The position numbers and the translations under genes are program-made. This document shows, in pieces, positions 50,039 through 59,868 of a DNA stretch of 64,000 nt. The stretch is taken from positions 592 to 64,591 of the forward strand of contig CAZWGA010000029.1 in assembly GCA_964633285.1 (NCBI GenBank). The letters are read 5' to 3'. The DNA is from an uncultured Solibacteraceae bacterium (GTDB lineage Bacteria > Acidobacteriota > Terriglobia > 20CM-2-55-15). The notes beneath the pieces were generated by a model. It had not been told where the DNA came from, did no database searches, and was given only the letters and a program-made list of their open reading frames with translations. Positions within the stretch are counted from its first letter, which is position 1. Every line of letters starts with the position of its first letter.

Positions 50039-50962
50039 TCAAGACCACAGCTCCGTGCTGAGATAGCGCTCGCCGGTATCCGGAAGGATGGCGAGCACGC
50101 GTTTACCATGACCGAGTTCGAGAGCAACCAGGCAGCTTGCGTGAAGTATCGCTCCCGAGGAAATTCCGCAAAGAATTCCCTCTTGCTCCGCCAGGCGCTG
50201 CGCGGCTTTGCGCGCATCGTCGTACGAAACCGGGATGTAGCGATCAACGACGTTCTTGTTGAATATCTGGGGAATGAAACCCGCTCCGATTCCCTGGATC
50301 TTGTGAGGCCCCGCTTTTCCACCGGAAAAAACGGGCGAATCGGCGGGTTCAACCGCAAAAAGCTTCAACGATTTGATTTTCTCTTTCAGAATCTCGCCGG
50401 TTCCCGTGGCTGTCCCGCCCGTACCGACGCCTACTACGAGTGCATCGAGCTTGTCGCCGCAAACCTCGAGAATTTCGCGGGCCGTTGTTTTCCGGTGAAT
50501 ATCCGGATTGGCCGCGTTCTTGAACTGCTGAGGCATGAAGTAGCCCGGATTTTTCCGGACCAACTCTTCGGCTTTGTCAATGGCGCCCTGCATCGCCTGT
50601 TCTCGCGGAGTCAGGACCACCTCAGCGCCGTAGGCTTGCAAAAGAGTAACGCGTTCGACGCTGTACTCTTCAGGCATTGTCAGGATGGCCTTATAACCTT
50701 TGGCGGCCGCCACCATCGCCAGCCCGATTCCTGTGTTTCCACTCGTCGGTTCAACAATGGTTCCGCCCGGTTTCAGTTTTCCTTCGCGTTCGGCCGCTTC
50801 AATCATGCTGAACCCAATGCGGTCCTTGACGCTGCCGCCGGGATTGAAAAACTCCAGCTTCACCAGCATTTCCGCCCAGTTTCCCTGAGGTATGCGATTC
50901 AGGCGCACCACGGGTGTCTTTCCGATAAGCTGACAAATGTTGTCGTAAACCCGTTCGTGCAT
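50039..50962 (-). CDS. cysK: Cysteine synthase A (O-acetylserine sulfhydrylase)
   Basis: PLP lysine 'SVKDR', 'GTGGT' motifs; start set at MHERVYDNI. Confidence 0.92.
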   Translation of the reverse strand: MHERVYDNICQLIGKTPVVRLNRIPQGNWAEMLVKLEFFNPGGSVKDRIGFSMIEAAEREGKLKPGGTIVEPTSGNTGIGLAMVAAAKGYKAILTMPEEYSVERVTLLQAYGAEVVLTPREQAMQGAIDKAEELVRKNPGYFMPQQFKNAANPDIHRKTTAREILEVCGDKLDALVVGVGTGGTATGTGEILKEKIKSLKLFAVEPADSPVFSGGKAGPHKIQGIGAGFIPQIFNKNVVDRYIPVSYDDARKAAQRLAEQEGILCGISSGAILHASCLVALELGHGKRVLAILPDTGERYLSTELWS

Positions 50963-51028
50963 GGCTGGTTCGTGGATCCGGCGAAATTTAGAAACCACTG
51001 AGGATACCACAGAATGGCTTACATTTAG

Positions 51029-51058
51029 TTGACGGTCTAGTGCACATCTGCTAGTAAT
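51029..51058 (+). promoter_or_regulatory. Sigma-70-like promoter candidate TTGACG-17-TAGTAAT upstream of the LysM gene, in the divergent cysK/LysM intergenic region
   Basis: Hexamers and 17-nt spacer read from the sequence; only ~10 nt to the ATG. Confidence 0.3.
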
Positions 51059-51067
51059 GTCAGGTTT

Positions 51068-52360
51068 ATGAAGACCCTATTAGCTGCATTACTGTTGGGA
51101 ACGGTCACTTTGGGACAGGCCCCGGTAAAACAGGTACCCGCCCAGGGACCGCCACCCAAAAACCTGACGCAGAGACCCGATGGCCACTTCACAGCCAATC
51201 AGGATCCGGCCAGTCCGGAGAAGTTTGAAGTTCATGTCGTCAAGCAGGGCGAAACGCTTTCGCAGATCGCCGGAGACGTCCTGAAGAATTCGCGGTTGTG
51301 GCCGCAGCTATGGGAACAGAACGACCACATCATCAATCCGCATTGGATTTATCCCAACGACAAGATCCTGATTCGGCCGGTCATTGCGATCACTGAAGCG
51401 AAACCGCCAGAGCCCGCGCCGGAACCGGCAGCTCCGCCACCGCCGGCTCCGCCTGCTCCGCAGCCGCGTCCGGCCGCTCAACCGGCGCCACCTCCACCGG
51501 CGCCTCCCCGGGAAGCAATCATGATCCTGGATCAACGGAGGCCGGCATCGGAAGTGAAGTTCGAAGATCTGTATTGTTCGGGATTCGTGAGCACGGGAAC
51601 GCTTCCGAAAGATGTGAAAGTCATTTCCAAGTTCGATGCGACGGGCGGCGTCCTCGCCGCGGAATCCGACTATGTTTATGTGAGTCACGGCGCGGAGAGT
51701 GGCGCGACGGTAGGGACAACGTATCAAGTGGTGCGGCCTACCAAGACGTTAACGAATCCTGAGGGACGCACCTCGAAAGAGCGCGATCTTGGAATGCACT
51801 ACCTCGAAATCGCTCAAGTCAAGGTTGCGCTGGCGCAACCGGACTTTTCACTCGCGCGTGTTGTTCACAATTGTGGAGATGCGATTGAAGTCGGCGATAT
51901 CATGATCCCATTCCGGCCGATTGTTCTTCCCCCGCGACCCCGGCCCCGGCCGTTCAGCCCGAACATGACAGTCACCAGCGGTGTCAAAGCAAAGATCGTC
52001 AGCACCAAAGGTGTGCTTCTGAATTTCGGATCGACATTCAAGGGATCGCGTGTCACGCCGGGCGTGCCCGGCAATCACATGGGCGGTGTTGAGCGTGGAA
52101 TTGCATCGGAAGGAACAATTGTCTATCTCGATGCCGGTCAGGACAAGAATGTGAAACCCGGTGACGTTTTTATCGTTTTCCGCGATGTCCAGCTTGATGA
52201 GAGACTTTATGCGTTGCCGAAGGAAGTCAGCGCATTGAAAGGCAAGCGCACGGCGATCGGCGAATTGATCATCCTGAAGGCGGGCGAGCGCGCTTCTACC
52301 GCGCTGGTGACTTACTCAACCGACGCGCTTTCCCTGGGGGATTCCGCCGAGCGTAGATAA
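51068..52360 (+). CDS. Secreted LysM-domain protein with a Pro/Ala-rich linker and an uncharacterised C-terminal domain
   Basis: Signal peptide; LysM 'HVVKQGETLSQIAGDVL...IYPNDKILIRP'; 'PPEPAPEPAAPPPPAPPAPQP' linker. Confidence 0.7.
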   Translation: MKTLLAALLLGTVTLGQAPVKQVPAQGPPPKNLTQRPDGHFTANQDPASPEKFEVHVVKQGETLSQIAGDVLKNSRLWPQLWEQNDHIINPHWIYPNDKILIRPVIAITEAKPPEPAPEPAAPPPPAPPAPQPRPAAQPAPPPPAPPREAIMILDQRRPASEVKFEDLYCSGFVSTGTLPKDVKVISKFDATGGVLAAESDYVYVSHGAESGATVGTTYQVVRPTKTLTNPEGRTSKERDLGMHYLEIAQVKVALAQPDFSLARVVHNCGDAIEVGDIMIPFRPIVLPPRPRPRPFSPNMTVTSGVKAKIVSTKGVLLNFGSTFKGSRVTPGVPGNHMGGVERGIASEGTIVYLDAGQDKNVKPGDVFIVFRDVQLDERLYALPKEVSALKGKRTAIGELIILKAGERASTALVTYSTDALSLGDSAERR

Positions 52361-53123
52361 TCAGCATCACGAATCCCACAACCAGCATCGGGAGCGTGAG
52401 CAGTTGTCCGCGCGTGAACGGTCCCAGGTCGAATCCGATCTGAACATCGGGCTCGCGCACAAATTCAACCAGGAATCGAAACAAGCCGTAGAAACCAACC
52501 AGCGCCCAGAATACAGTTCCACGGGCGAGATTCTTTCTGTAGATCCATCTCAGCAGAAACAGCAGAACGATACCTTCGAGGAATGCCTCATAGATCTGCG
52601 ATGGATGCCGCGGCACATCGCCGCCGTCGGGAAAAATCATTCCCCATGCCATCGTAGTGCGCCGGCCGTATAACTCGCCGTTGATGAAGTTTCCCAGACG
52701 CACCAGGCAAAGGCCGATCGGAATACCCGCTGAAACCAGGTCGGCGATCTCCCAGAAATTCCAACCCTTCTTTCGCGTAATCCAGATCACGGCGAGGATC
52801 GATCCAATGAAACCTCCGTGGAACGACATCCCACCCTGCCATATCGCGAAAATCGAAAGCGGATTGTGGATGTAACTCTGGAAATCGTAGAAAAGGACAT
52901 ACCCCAGCCGGCCACCGGCCATGACTCCAAGAATCAGGTAAAAGAGCAGATCGTATAAGTCGTCGGTGGTGATGTTCATCTTGCGGTACTTTGCCAGTCG
53001 CCTCAAAACGAAGAAACCGATGATGAACGAGACCATGTACATCAATCCGTACCAGCGTAATTGCACGGGTCCAATGTGCAGAAAAACCGGATCGATGTTG
53101 GGATAAGGAAGAACGAAGATCAT
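52296..53123 (-). CDS. lgt: Prolipoprotein diacylglyceryl transferase
   Basis: 'IGPVQLRWYGLMY' Lgt signature; start at MIFVLPYP; ATGA coupling with the upstream AMMECR1 gene. Confidence 0.88.
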   Translation of the reverse strand: MIFVLPYPNIDPVFLHIGPVQLRWYGLMYMVSFIIGFFVLRRLAKYRKMNITTDDLYDLLFYLILGVMAGGRLGYVLFYDFQSYIHNPLSIFAIWQGGMSFHGGFIGSILAVIWITRKKGWNFWEIADLVSAGIPIGLCLVRLGNFINGELYGRRTTMAWGMIFPDGGDVPRHPSQIYEAFLEGIVLLFLLRWIYRKNLARGTVFWALVGFYGLFRFLVEFVREPDVQIGFDLGPFTRGQLLTLPMLVVGFVMLIIYARRNPPGKARRLSKSPAR

Positions 53124-53704
53124 GGAGCTGTAGTGAGGTGGAATTGCTTCTCGCCGAACACGAGCGCGCTGAAGCAATGTATGATCGCATCGTGTTTCCA
53201 GTCATCGGACTTCAGGCCGGCCTTCCGGCAAGTCTCCTGCAGGAATCGTTCGCGATCCCATCCGTACTGTGTTGCAACCTGCGGCAAAAGCAAACCTCGT
53301 GAATTTCCTTTGGTGATCATCAGGCCATGCGTTCCAATTTCGATTTCGCCGATATTCTGAACAAGCTGCATCGGTGACAGCACCGAAATCTCAAAATCAA
53401 CTTCGGGAAGGTCGCCGGCTGTCAGCGGCTGAAATCGGGGATCACCAACGGCTGCGGCAATGGCGCAATCGGCAACACTCCGGTAGAGCGGTTCTTCAGT
53501 ATGAAGGCTTCCGATACATCCGCGTAATTCCGAATGCCTGTGGATTGAGACAAAGATGCCGTAAACGTCCGTCAGGGAACCGGAAACAATCGGGGGCAAT
53601 TGCATGGAGCCGCCGGAAAGATGGGCTCGAACCGAACTTCGGACAATTTGAAGAAGAAGCCGTTGATCGCTCTCAGTGAGTTGGAACATTGCTGGTGGAT
53701 GCAT
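53120..53704 (-). CDS. AMMECR1-domain protein
   Basis: 'LRGCIGS' and 'GLLLPQVA' AMMECR1 motifs. Confidence 0.8.
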   Translation of the reverse strand: MHPPAMFQLTESDQRLLLQIVRSSVRAHLSGGSMQLPPIVSGSLTDVYGIFVSIHRHSELRGCIGSLHTEEPLYRSVADCAIAAAVGDPRFQPLTAGDLPEVDFEISVLSPMQLVQNIGEIEIGTHGLMITKGNSRGLLLPQVATQYGWDRERFLQETCRKAGLKSDDWKHDAIIHCFSALVFGEKQFHLTTAP

Positions 53705-54302
53705 GGCGGCGTTGCTTCTTCTGCAAGAGAATCAGGCGGCGCCGCTGTCTCTCTTTGAAACGGCCGTCAATCTTGGTCCAGAAAGTCCGGAAGTACCGGA
53801 AGGCGGAGGTCATGGCCAGAAGGACAACGAAATACAAAGAAATGCCGCCGAGAGTATGAAAGATCGGATGCATCGTGCCATCGGGCATCGGCATTCCCAG
53901 AATCAACAACGTGATCGCCGTCACCTGCGTCACCATTTTCAGTTTGCCGAGATTCGAAGCATCAATCGTAAACCCCTGAGCTGCGGCAATGCTGCGCAGT
54001 CCTGTCACCGCGAATTCACGGCCGACAATGATGACAACCATCCAGGCCTTGACAACCTGAAGCTCGACGAGGGAAATGAATGCGGCGGAGATCAGGAGTT
54101 TATCGGCGACCGGGTCCAATAGTGTGCCCAAAGTTGTGATCTGTCCCCGCTTCCGGGCAAAGTATCCGTCCAATAAATCGGTCAGAGAGGCCGCCAAAAA
54201 AATCGCAGCCGCAATGAGGACGTTATACTTCGTAAGCAGTACGGCGACCAGAAGCGGAACTAAAAAGATCCGCATCAACGTCAGGCCGTTAGGCAGATTC
54301 AT
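53673..54302 (-). CDS. pgsA: CDP-alcohol phosphatidyltransferase (phosphatidylglycerophosphate synthase-like)
   Basis: 'DLLDGYFARK...GTLLDPVADK' CDP-OH phosphotransferase motif. Confidence 0.85.
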   Translation of the reverse strand: MNLPNGLTLMRIFLVPLLVAVLLTKYNVLIAAAIFLAASLTDLLDGYFARKRGQITTLGTLLDPVADKLLISAAFISLVELQVVKAWMVVIIVGREFAVTGLRSIAAAQGFTIDASNLGKLKMVTQVTAITLLILGMPMPDGTMHPIFHTLGGISLYFVVLLAMTSAFRYFRTFWTKIDGRFKERQRRRLILLQKKQRRHASTSNVPTH

Positions 54303-54355
54303 GCCGCATATTCTAGTATAGAAATTCGGTCATACGCGATAATTCGGGAGCACCC

Positions 54356-55390
54356 ATGAAAGGACTCATACTCGCCGGTGGTAAGGGCACGAGGCTCCGT
54401 CCCTTAACGATCAATACACCGAAGCCCGTCGTCCCCGTCGCCAATTCACCGTTTCTTTTGTATCAGATCGACTTGCTCCGGGGCGCCGGTATCGAAGAGT
54501 TGATTCTCAGCCTTTCGTATCAGCCTCGAAAAATCGAAGACCTCTTGAAAGACGGTTCCGACTATGGCGTTTGGATTCGATACGCGGTCGAAGGAACTCC
54601 TCTGGGAACAGGTGGTGCCTTCAAGAATGCCGAGGAGCAAATCAATTCGACAACTGTAGTATTCAACGGCGACGTTCTGACATCGATTGATCTGGCTGCG
54701 GTCGTTGCCCATCACCGGAAGAACAATGCTGTCGCGACAATTGTTTTAACTCCGGTCGAGAATCCGTCGGCGTATGGGCTGGTTGAGACCAGCGCGGATG
54801 GTTGGGTGCAGCGGTTTATCGAAAAGCCCGGTCCGGATGAAATCACGTGCAACACGATCAATGCGGGCATCTATGTTCTCGAACCCTCGGTGCTCGGCTA
54901 CATGCCGAAGGGGCAACAATATTCCTTTGAGCGCGGCCTGTTTCCAACGCTGCTCGAACATAAAGAACCGGTCCTGTCTTACATCAACAATGAATACTGG
55001 ATCGACATCGGCACGCCGAAAAAATATCTCGAAGTGCACCACGACGTCCTTTCGCAGAAATTTGTGTCGCCCCGGATTGGGAAAACAGCGCTGGATCGCG
55101 CGGCCTTGCCGGCAGGCGCTTACGTGGATGACAGATCCATCATCGATCATGAAGTCACAGTTCGCAGCGGAGTGCGGATCGAAAACTCGGTGATTGGAAA
55201 GAACTGCAAGATCGATGAAGGCGTGCACATTCAGGACTCCGTCATCTGGCCGGGGAACACGATCGATGCGGATGCGCGAATCACCGGCAGTATTATCGGC
55301 AAGGGCTGCTACATCGGACGTTCGGCGGTCCTCCGGCCCGGTGTCACCCTGGGCGACAAAACGGTTGTTACGGACTTTTCCTACTTATGA
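54356..55390 (+). CDS. Mannose-1-phosphate guanylyltransferase-like nucleotidyltransferase with a C-terminal left-handed beta-helix
   Basis: 'LILAGGKGTRLRPLT' NTP-transferase motif; hexapeptide repeats at the C-terminus. Confidence 0.8.
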   Translation: MKGLILAGGKGTRLRPLTINTPKPVVPVANSPFLLYQIDLLRGAGIEELILSLSYQPRKIEDLLKDGSDYGVWIRYAVEGTPLGTGGAFKNAEEQINSTTVVFNGDVLTSIDLAAVVAHHRKNNAVATIVLTPVENPSAYGLVETSADGWVQRFIEKPGPDEITCNTINAGIYVLEPSVLGYMPKGQQYSFERGLFPTLLEHKEPVLSYINNEYWIDIGTPKKYLEVHHDVLSQKFVSPRIGKTALDRAALPAGAYVDDRSIIDHEVTVRSGVRIENSVIGKNCKIDEGVHIQDSVIWPGNTIDADARITGSIIGKGCYIGRSAVLRPGVTLGDKTVVTDFSYL

Positions 55391-56823
55391 GCAGCCCTAT
55401 CAAATTCGGAACGGATGGCTGGCGCGCCATCATCGCCGACACGTTTACTTTCGAAAACGTCCGCCGGGCCGCGCAAGCCACCGCTGACTACTTCAAAACT
55501 GTTCATGAAGCCGAACCGGCGGTCTTCGTCGGTTTCGATGTGCGGTTTCAATCGAAGAGTTTCGCACGCGCTGCTGCTGAGGTTTTTTCATCGAATGGCT
55601 TCCGGGTCGTCATGATGGACAGACCGTATCCGACGCCTTACGTTTCGTTCGAAGTGAGGCGGCGGAAATTCGCGGGCGGGATCATGATCACGGCGAGCCA
55701 CAATCCACCCGCGTTCAATGGCTTCAAGGTCAAAGCCCATTTCGGAGGAAGTGCTACGCCTTCGATCACGGGCCAGATCGAAGCGAATCTGGGAAGAACC
55801 GGGCAGGGTGAGCCATTCCAGAAGCCCGCGCAATCGATGACCGCCCCGGGTTTTTCAACCGTTGGGCCCGAGAAATTCTACTTTGATCACATCAAGGGAC
55901 TCGTCGATTGGGACAGAATTGCAAAATCCAAACTGAAGATCGTTGTGGATTCGATGCACGGCTGCGGCGGATACATTCTCGAAGAACTTCTTCGGGACAC
56001 GAATTGCACTGTCGAAACGATTCGAGGAAATCCGGATCCGCTTTTCGGCGGAATCAATCCCGAACCCATGATGCCCCAACTCGCGCCGCTCGGTGAAGCT
56101 GTGCGCAAAACGGGCAGTGATGTCGGATTGGCCACCGACGGCGATGCCGACCGCCTCGGCATTGTGGACGAGACCGGCGAATACGTAAATACATTGCAGA
56201 CACTCTCTCTTCTTCTCCTGCATACCTACCGTAACAAAGGGTGGCGGGGCGCCGTGGCTCGGACGTTTTCGCAAAGCCAGCTTATTCCCCGAATTGCCTC
56301 AAAGTTCGGGCTGCAGCTTTATGAGCGGCCCATCGGGTTTAAGAACATTGGTGAATTGATGCTCGAGAACGAGATTCTCATCGGCGGTGAAGAGAGCGGC
56401 GGCATCGGACTTTCCCGTCATCTGCCTGAGCGCGATGGTATTTTCATCAACCTTTTGTTTCTCGATCTTCTCGCGGCTTCCGGCAAAACATGCACCGAAC
56501 TCATCCGCGATATGTGGAAGGAGTTTGGGGAATTCCATTTCGATCGCTGCGATCTGCACGTGCCGATCGCCGCAGGCCAGGCCGTTGTCGCGAAATGGAA
56601 AACGGATCCTCCGGCTGCGTTTGCGGGCCGGAAAGTTACCGAAGTCGGGAAGCTCGACGGATCCAAAGTCTTTTTAGAACGTGATAGTTGGATCCTGTTC
56701 AGACAATCGGGGACAGAGCCGCTTTTGCGTGTCTATTGCGAAGCCCCGACGCGGGCCGAAGTGGCAGAAATCATGGCCGCAGGTTTAAGATTTGTGGAAC
56801 AATTCACGGCTGCCGGTGTCTGA
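55387..56823 (+). CDS. Phosphomannomutase/phosphoglucomutase
   Basis: Active-site 'TASHNP', Mg site 'DGDADR', 'GEESGG' sugar-binding loop. Confidence 0.9.
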   Translation: MSSPIKFGTDGWRAIIADTFTFENVRRAAQATADYFKTVHEAEPAVFVGFDVRFQSKSFARAAAEVFSSNGFRVVMMDRPYPTPYVSFEVRRRKFAGGIMITASHNPPAFNGFKVKAHFGGSATPSITGQIEANLGRTGQGEPFQKPAQSMTAPGFSTVGPEKFYFDHIKGLVDWDRIAKSKLKIVVDSMHGCGGYILEELLRDTNCTVETIRGNPDPLFGGINPEPMMPQLAPLGEAVRKTGSDVGLATDGDADRLGIVDETGEYVNTLQTLSLLLLHTYRNKGWRGAVARTFSQSQLIPRIASKFGLQLYERPIGFKNIGELMLENEILIGGEESGGIGLSRHLPERDGIFINLLFLDLLAASGKTCTELIRDMWKEFGEFHFDRCDLHVPIAAGQAVVAKWKTDPPAAFAGRKVTEVGKLDGSKVFLERDSWILFRQSGTEPLLRVYCEAPTRAEVAEIMAAGLRFVEQFTAAGV

Positions 56824-56873
56824 GTAAGAGGCAGGCGGACTACCGAGCAATCGCTTTTCGAAGAAGGATCGGA

Positions 56874-57506
56874 ATGCCGAGAGAGATCGCCTATAACTGG
56901 TTGGACCGGCCTTCGGCTCTGAGTGCCGAAGAAGCGCTCTTCGTGTCTCGTCTTCAGGCGAATGAAGACGCGGCTTACGATGAACTGGTGCGGATCTACA
57001 ACCAGTCGATCTTTCATGTCGCCTACCGCATGCTAGGCGACACTGCCGAAGCTTCCGATGTCGTTCAGGAGATTTTTCTCAAGGTCTTTCGCAATATCGG
57101 TGGATTCAAAGGCGAAGCTGCCCTGAAGACATGGATCTTCAAGATCGCCTTTTCGGAAATCCTGAACCGGCTTCGCTGGTGGAAACGCCGGTATCGTCAT
57201 GCCACTGTTTCGCTGGATGAATCCCCGAACGGAACGGCGACCAGCTACGGAGTTGCCGATTCAGGACCAAATCCTGAACAGATTCTGCAGTCGAAGGAGC
57301 AGGAAGCTGCAATTCAGCAAGCTCTGAGGAAACTTTCAAGCGAGCACCGATCGATCATCGTGCTTCGCGATATCGAAGGTTTCTCCTATAACGAAATTGC
57401 CGATGTATTGGGAGTTTCGATCGGAACCGTCAAATCCCGCCTGGCTCGCGCGCGCGCCGATTTGAAGAAGTCGCTGATGCGGTATTTGTCGGTTCAGCAT
57501 GTATGA
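56874..57506 (+). CDS. ECF (sigma-24 family) RNA polymerase sigma factor
   Basis: Region-2 'IFLKVFRNIGGFKGEAALKTWIFKIA' and region-4 HTH 'EGFSYNEIADVLGVSIGTVKSRLARAR'; start at MPREIAY (the ORF-track extension is rejected). Confidence 0.85.
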   Translation: MPREIAYNWLDRPSALSAEEALFVSRLQANEDAAYDELVRIYNQSIFHVAYRMLGDTAEASDVVQEIFLKVFRNIGGFKGEAALKTWIFKIAFSEILNRLRWWKRRYRHATVSLDESPNGTATSYGVADSGPNPEQILQSKEQEAAIQQALRKLSSEHRSIIVLRDIEGFSYNEIADVLGVSIGTVKSRLARARADLKKSLMRYLSVQHV

Positions 57507-58215
57507 GGGTTTTCGAATGAAATCACTGGACTGCTCGTCCGCGCAGAAATTAATGAGTCCGTTTATTGACTCCATGGCGACGGCCGGAGAAGTGGAGTCC
57601 CTTGAACTTCACGTTTCCGTGTGTCCCCCGTGCCAACGGCAGCTTCAATCATTTAAGTCCGTGAGAAGCCTTCTGGCACGGATGGAAAGACCTGCGGTAC
57701 CGGAAGATATGGTGTTGGAAACCCGCGTCCGGTTATCACACGAACGAAACAAAAACTTTCTGGTGCGCTTCGAAAACAAGCTCTGCTACCTGTTCAAACC
57801 CGTTGTCTTTCCCGCTTTGTTTGGCGTTTCCGTGACCATGCTGTTTTTCGGCATTCTTCTCGGCACCATGGCTTCCGACACGTCGGCCGTGGTCCAGGAT
57901 CGCCTCAAGGAACAACCTGTGTTCGCGCTGTACAAGTCGGTGCATAACGACGATCCGAACTGGGTTCGTCTCGCTTCAAATCAGGAGCAGCACCTGGATG
58001 AGCCGCTTAACGTCGAAACTCAGATTGGAAATGAAGGCCGCGTGATCGATTACAAGATTTTACCCGGACCGGATGGCCGCCCGGTGAGACGGGATCCTGA
58101 AGTCAATGGCTGGATGAGCCAGGTTCTTTCGCTGGCGAAATTTACGCCGGCCACTGCATTCGGCAGGCCGGTGGAATCGAAAATCATCCTTTCATTTGTC
58201 GCAGTGAGAAACTAA
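57499..58215 (+). CDS. Anti-sigma factor (zinc-finger 'H..C..C' ZAS-like N-terminus, one TM helix) with a TonB-C-like periplasmic domain
   Basis: 'LELHVSVCPPCQRQL' zinc motif; TM 'VVFPALFGVSVTMLFFGILLG'; C-terminus resembles TonB_C; overlaps the sigma-factor stop. Confidence 0.65.
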   Translation: MYEGFRMKSLDCSSAQKLMSPFIDSMATAGEVESLELHVSVCPPCQRQLQSFKSVRSLLARMERPAVPEDMVLETRVRLSHERNKNFLVRFENKLCYLFKPVVFPALFGVSVTMLFFGILLGTMASDTSAVVQDRLKEQPVFALYKSVHNDDPNWVRLASNQEQHLDEPLNVETQIGNEGRVIDYKILPGPDGRPVRRDPEVNGWMSQVLSLAKFTPATAFGRPVESKIILSFVAVRN

Positions 58216-59321
58216 GCGATCACCTTCGAAATGGCATCGACGACCCGTTCCGCAACATTTCCCGATCCAAGCTGGCGGCGCAGTTTTTCGTAATTGCCGC
58301 GAATGCGCGATTGCATCCACACATCATCCATCAACCGAAGCGCAGTCTGGCTCACCTGCTGAGGTGTCATTTTGTCCTGAAATAATTCGGGCACGACTTC
58401 TTCGCCGAGGATGATGTTCACAATTCCGAACAAGCGCACTTTCAAAAGGAATTTGCCGAGAAACCACGTCGCGCCCGAAATGCGATAAACGATGACTTCG
58501 GGAGTTCCCAGAAGCGCGGTTTCGAGCGTTGCCGTTCCGCTCGCGACAATGGCTGTACGCGCGTAGCGAATCGCGTTGTAGGTATCGTTTGACACGATCG
58601 TGATGGGATGCGTTCCAATGATCGACTGCAGAAACGGACGGTCCAGGCCCGAGGCCATCGGTAAAACGAATTGAGAATCCGGTTTTTTCCTGGCGATCAG
58701 TTGGGCCGTATCGCAAAGCGTCGGCAGAATGTAACGCACCTCCTTGCGGCGGCTGCCGGGCAGCAAAGCGACGATGGGTTTCATTGAATCCAGCCGATAT
58801 GCCGCGCAAAACTCTTCCTTCGATTTGGTGGCGCGAACCATATCGATCAACGGATGTCCGACGAACTCCACATCGACCCCTTCTTTCCGATAGATTTCTT
58901 CTTCAAATGGAAAGATCACGAGCATTTTGTCTACGAGCCGATGAATTTGTTTCACCCGCCCCTCGCGCCACGCCCACACCTGTGGACTGACGTAATAGAT
59001 AACCGGCGCGCCCACATTCTTGATGCGTTTTGCAAGCCGCAGATTGAAATCCGGAAAATCGATGAGAATCGCTGCAGTCAAGGGCTCGGATTCAACGCGA
59101 TCGGCCAGCCGCCGAAAGACGCCGTACAGAGAGCCGAGATGAGTGATGACTTCAAACGGACCGACCACGGCCGTTTTACTGATGTCGCCCTCGAGTTGAA
59201 CGCCGGCCGCCCGCATGCGCTGGCCGCCGAGTCCGTAGATTTCGCAATCAGGAAACTTCCGGCGAAGACCCCGTGCCACTTCAGCGCCATACATGTCGCC
59301 GGAGGCTTCCCCGGCAACCAT
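58212..59321 (-). CDS. lpxB: Lipid-A-disaccharide synthase
   Basis: 'MVAGEASGDMYGAEVARGL' LpxB N-terminus and the rest of the GT19 fold; the ORF-track 5' extension is rejected. Confidence 0.88.
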   Translation of the reverse strand: MVAGEASGDMYGAEVARGLRRKFPDCEIYGLGGQRMRAAGVQLEGDISKTAVVGPFEVITHLGSLYGVFRRLADRVESEPLTAAILIDFPDFNLRLAKRIKNVGAPVIYYVSPQVWAWREGRVKQIHRLVDKMLVIFPFEEEIYRKEGVDVEFVGHPLIDMVRATKSKEEFCAAYRLDSMKPIVALLPGSRRKEVRYILPTLCDTAQLIARKKPDSQFVLPMASGLDRPFLQSIIGTHPITIVSNDTYNAIRYARTAIVASGTATLETALLGTPEVIVYRISGATWFLGKFLLKVRLFGIVNIILGEEVVPELFQDKMTPQQVSQTALRLMDDVWMQSRIRGNYEKLRRQLGSGNVAERVVDAISKVIA

Positions 59322-59338
59322 CAGAAACCGAGGCGCGT

Positions 59339-59830
59339 TCACGGCACGCGTTTTTTCAGTTCGAGGAATAGCGGGATGACACTTCGGACATTGATGGATT
59401 CCTCCCACATCACGTCCTGGTCTCCGATTGTTCCAACCGCAAGGATTTGATAATCGCCAAAAGGAACATTCTTGAATTCGAATCTTCCGTCTGATGTCTC
59501 TTTCAGATAATCCGAAATGTTGCTTGTATCGCGCAGCATACGGCTTAGAACGTAGTTCGCCGCTTCACGATGAGCCTGTCGCGAAACTTCCACGAATGAT
59601 TCTTTCTTTGCGGCAAACATGGGCTTGTAACGTTCCCAATACGCATCGAGCCGTTTCTGCACGTCGCTGGTCCAGAGATTCGAGTACTGCGGGGGCAGAA
59701 GAAGAACCCGTATCGGGCGCGAAATCGTTTCCTGCGGCGTTCGTACAACTGCGCCGGCGATGAATCCTGTTTCGGCAGGCGTTTGAAACGCGGCAAGCGC
59801 CGCAAGGAGTACCGCAACGAACATGTTCAA
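59339..59830 (-). CDS. Hypothetical secreted protein (signal peptide), 163 aa
   Basis: 'MNMFVAVLLAALAAFQTPA' signal; no motif recognised. Confidence 0.5.
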   Translation of the reverse strand: MNMFVAVLLAALAAFQTPAETGFIAGAVVRTPQETISRPIRVLLLPPQYSNLWTSDVQKRLDAYWERYKPMFAAKKESFVEVSRQAHREAANYVLSRMLRDTSNISDYLKETSDGRFEFKNVPFGDYQILAVGTIGDQDVMWEESINVRSVIPLFLELKKRVP

Positions 59831-59868
59831 AATTCTCTCACAAAAGCGAGGGTATAATCGCGTACGTT

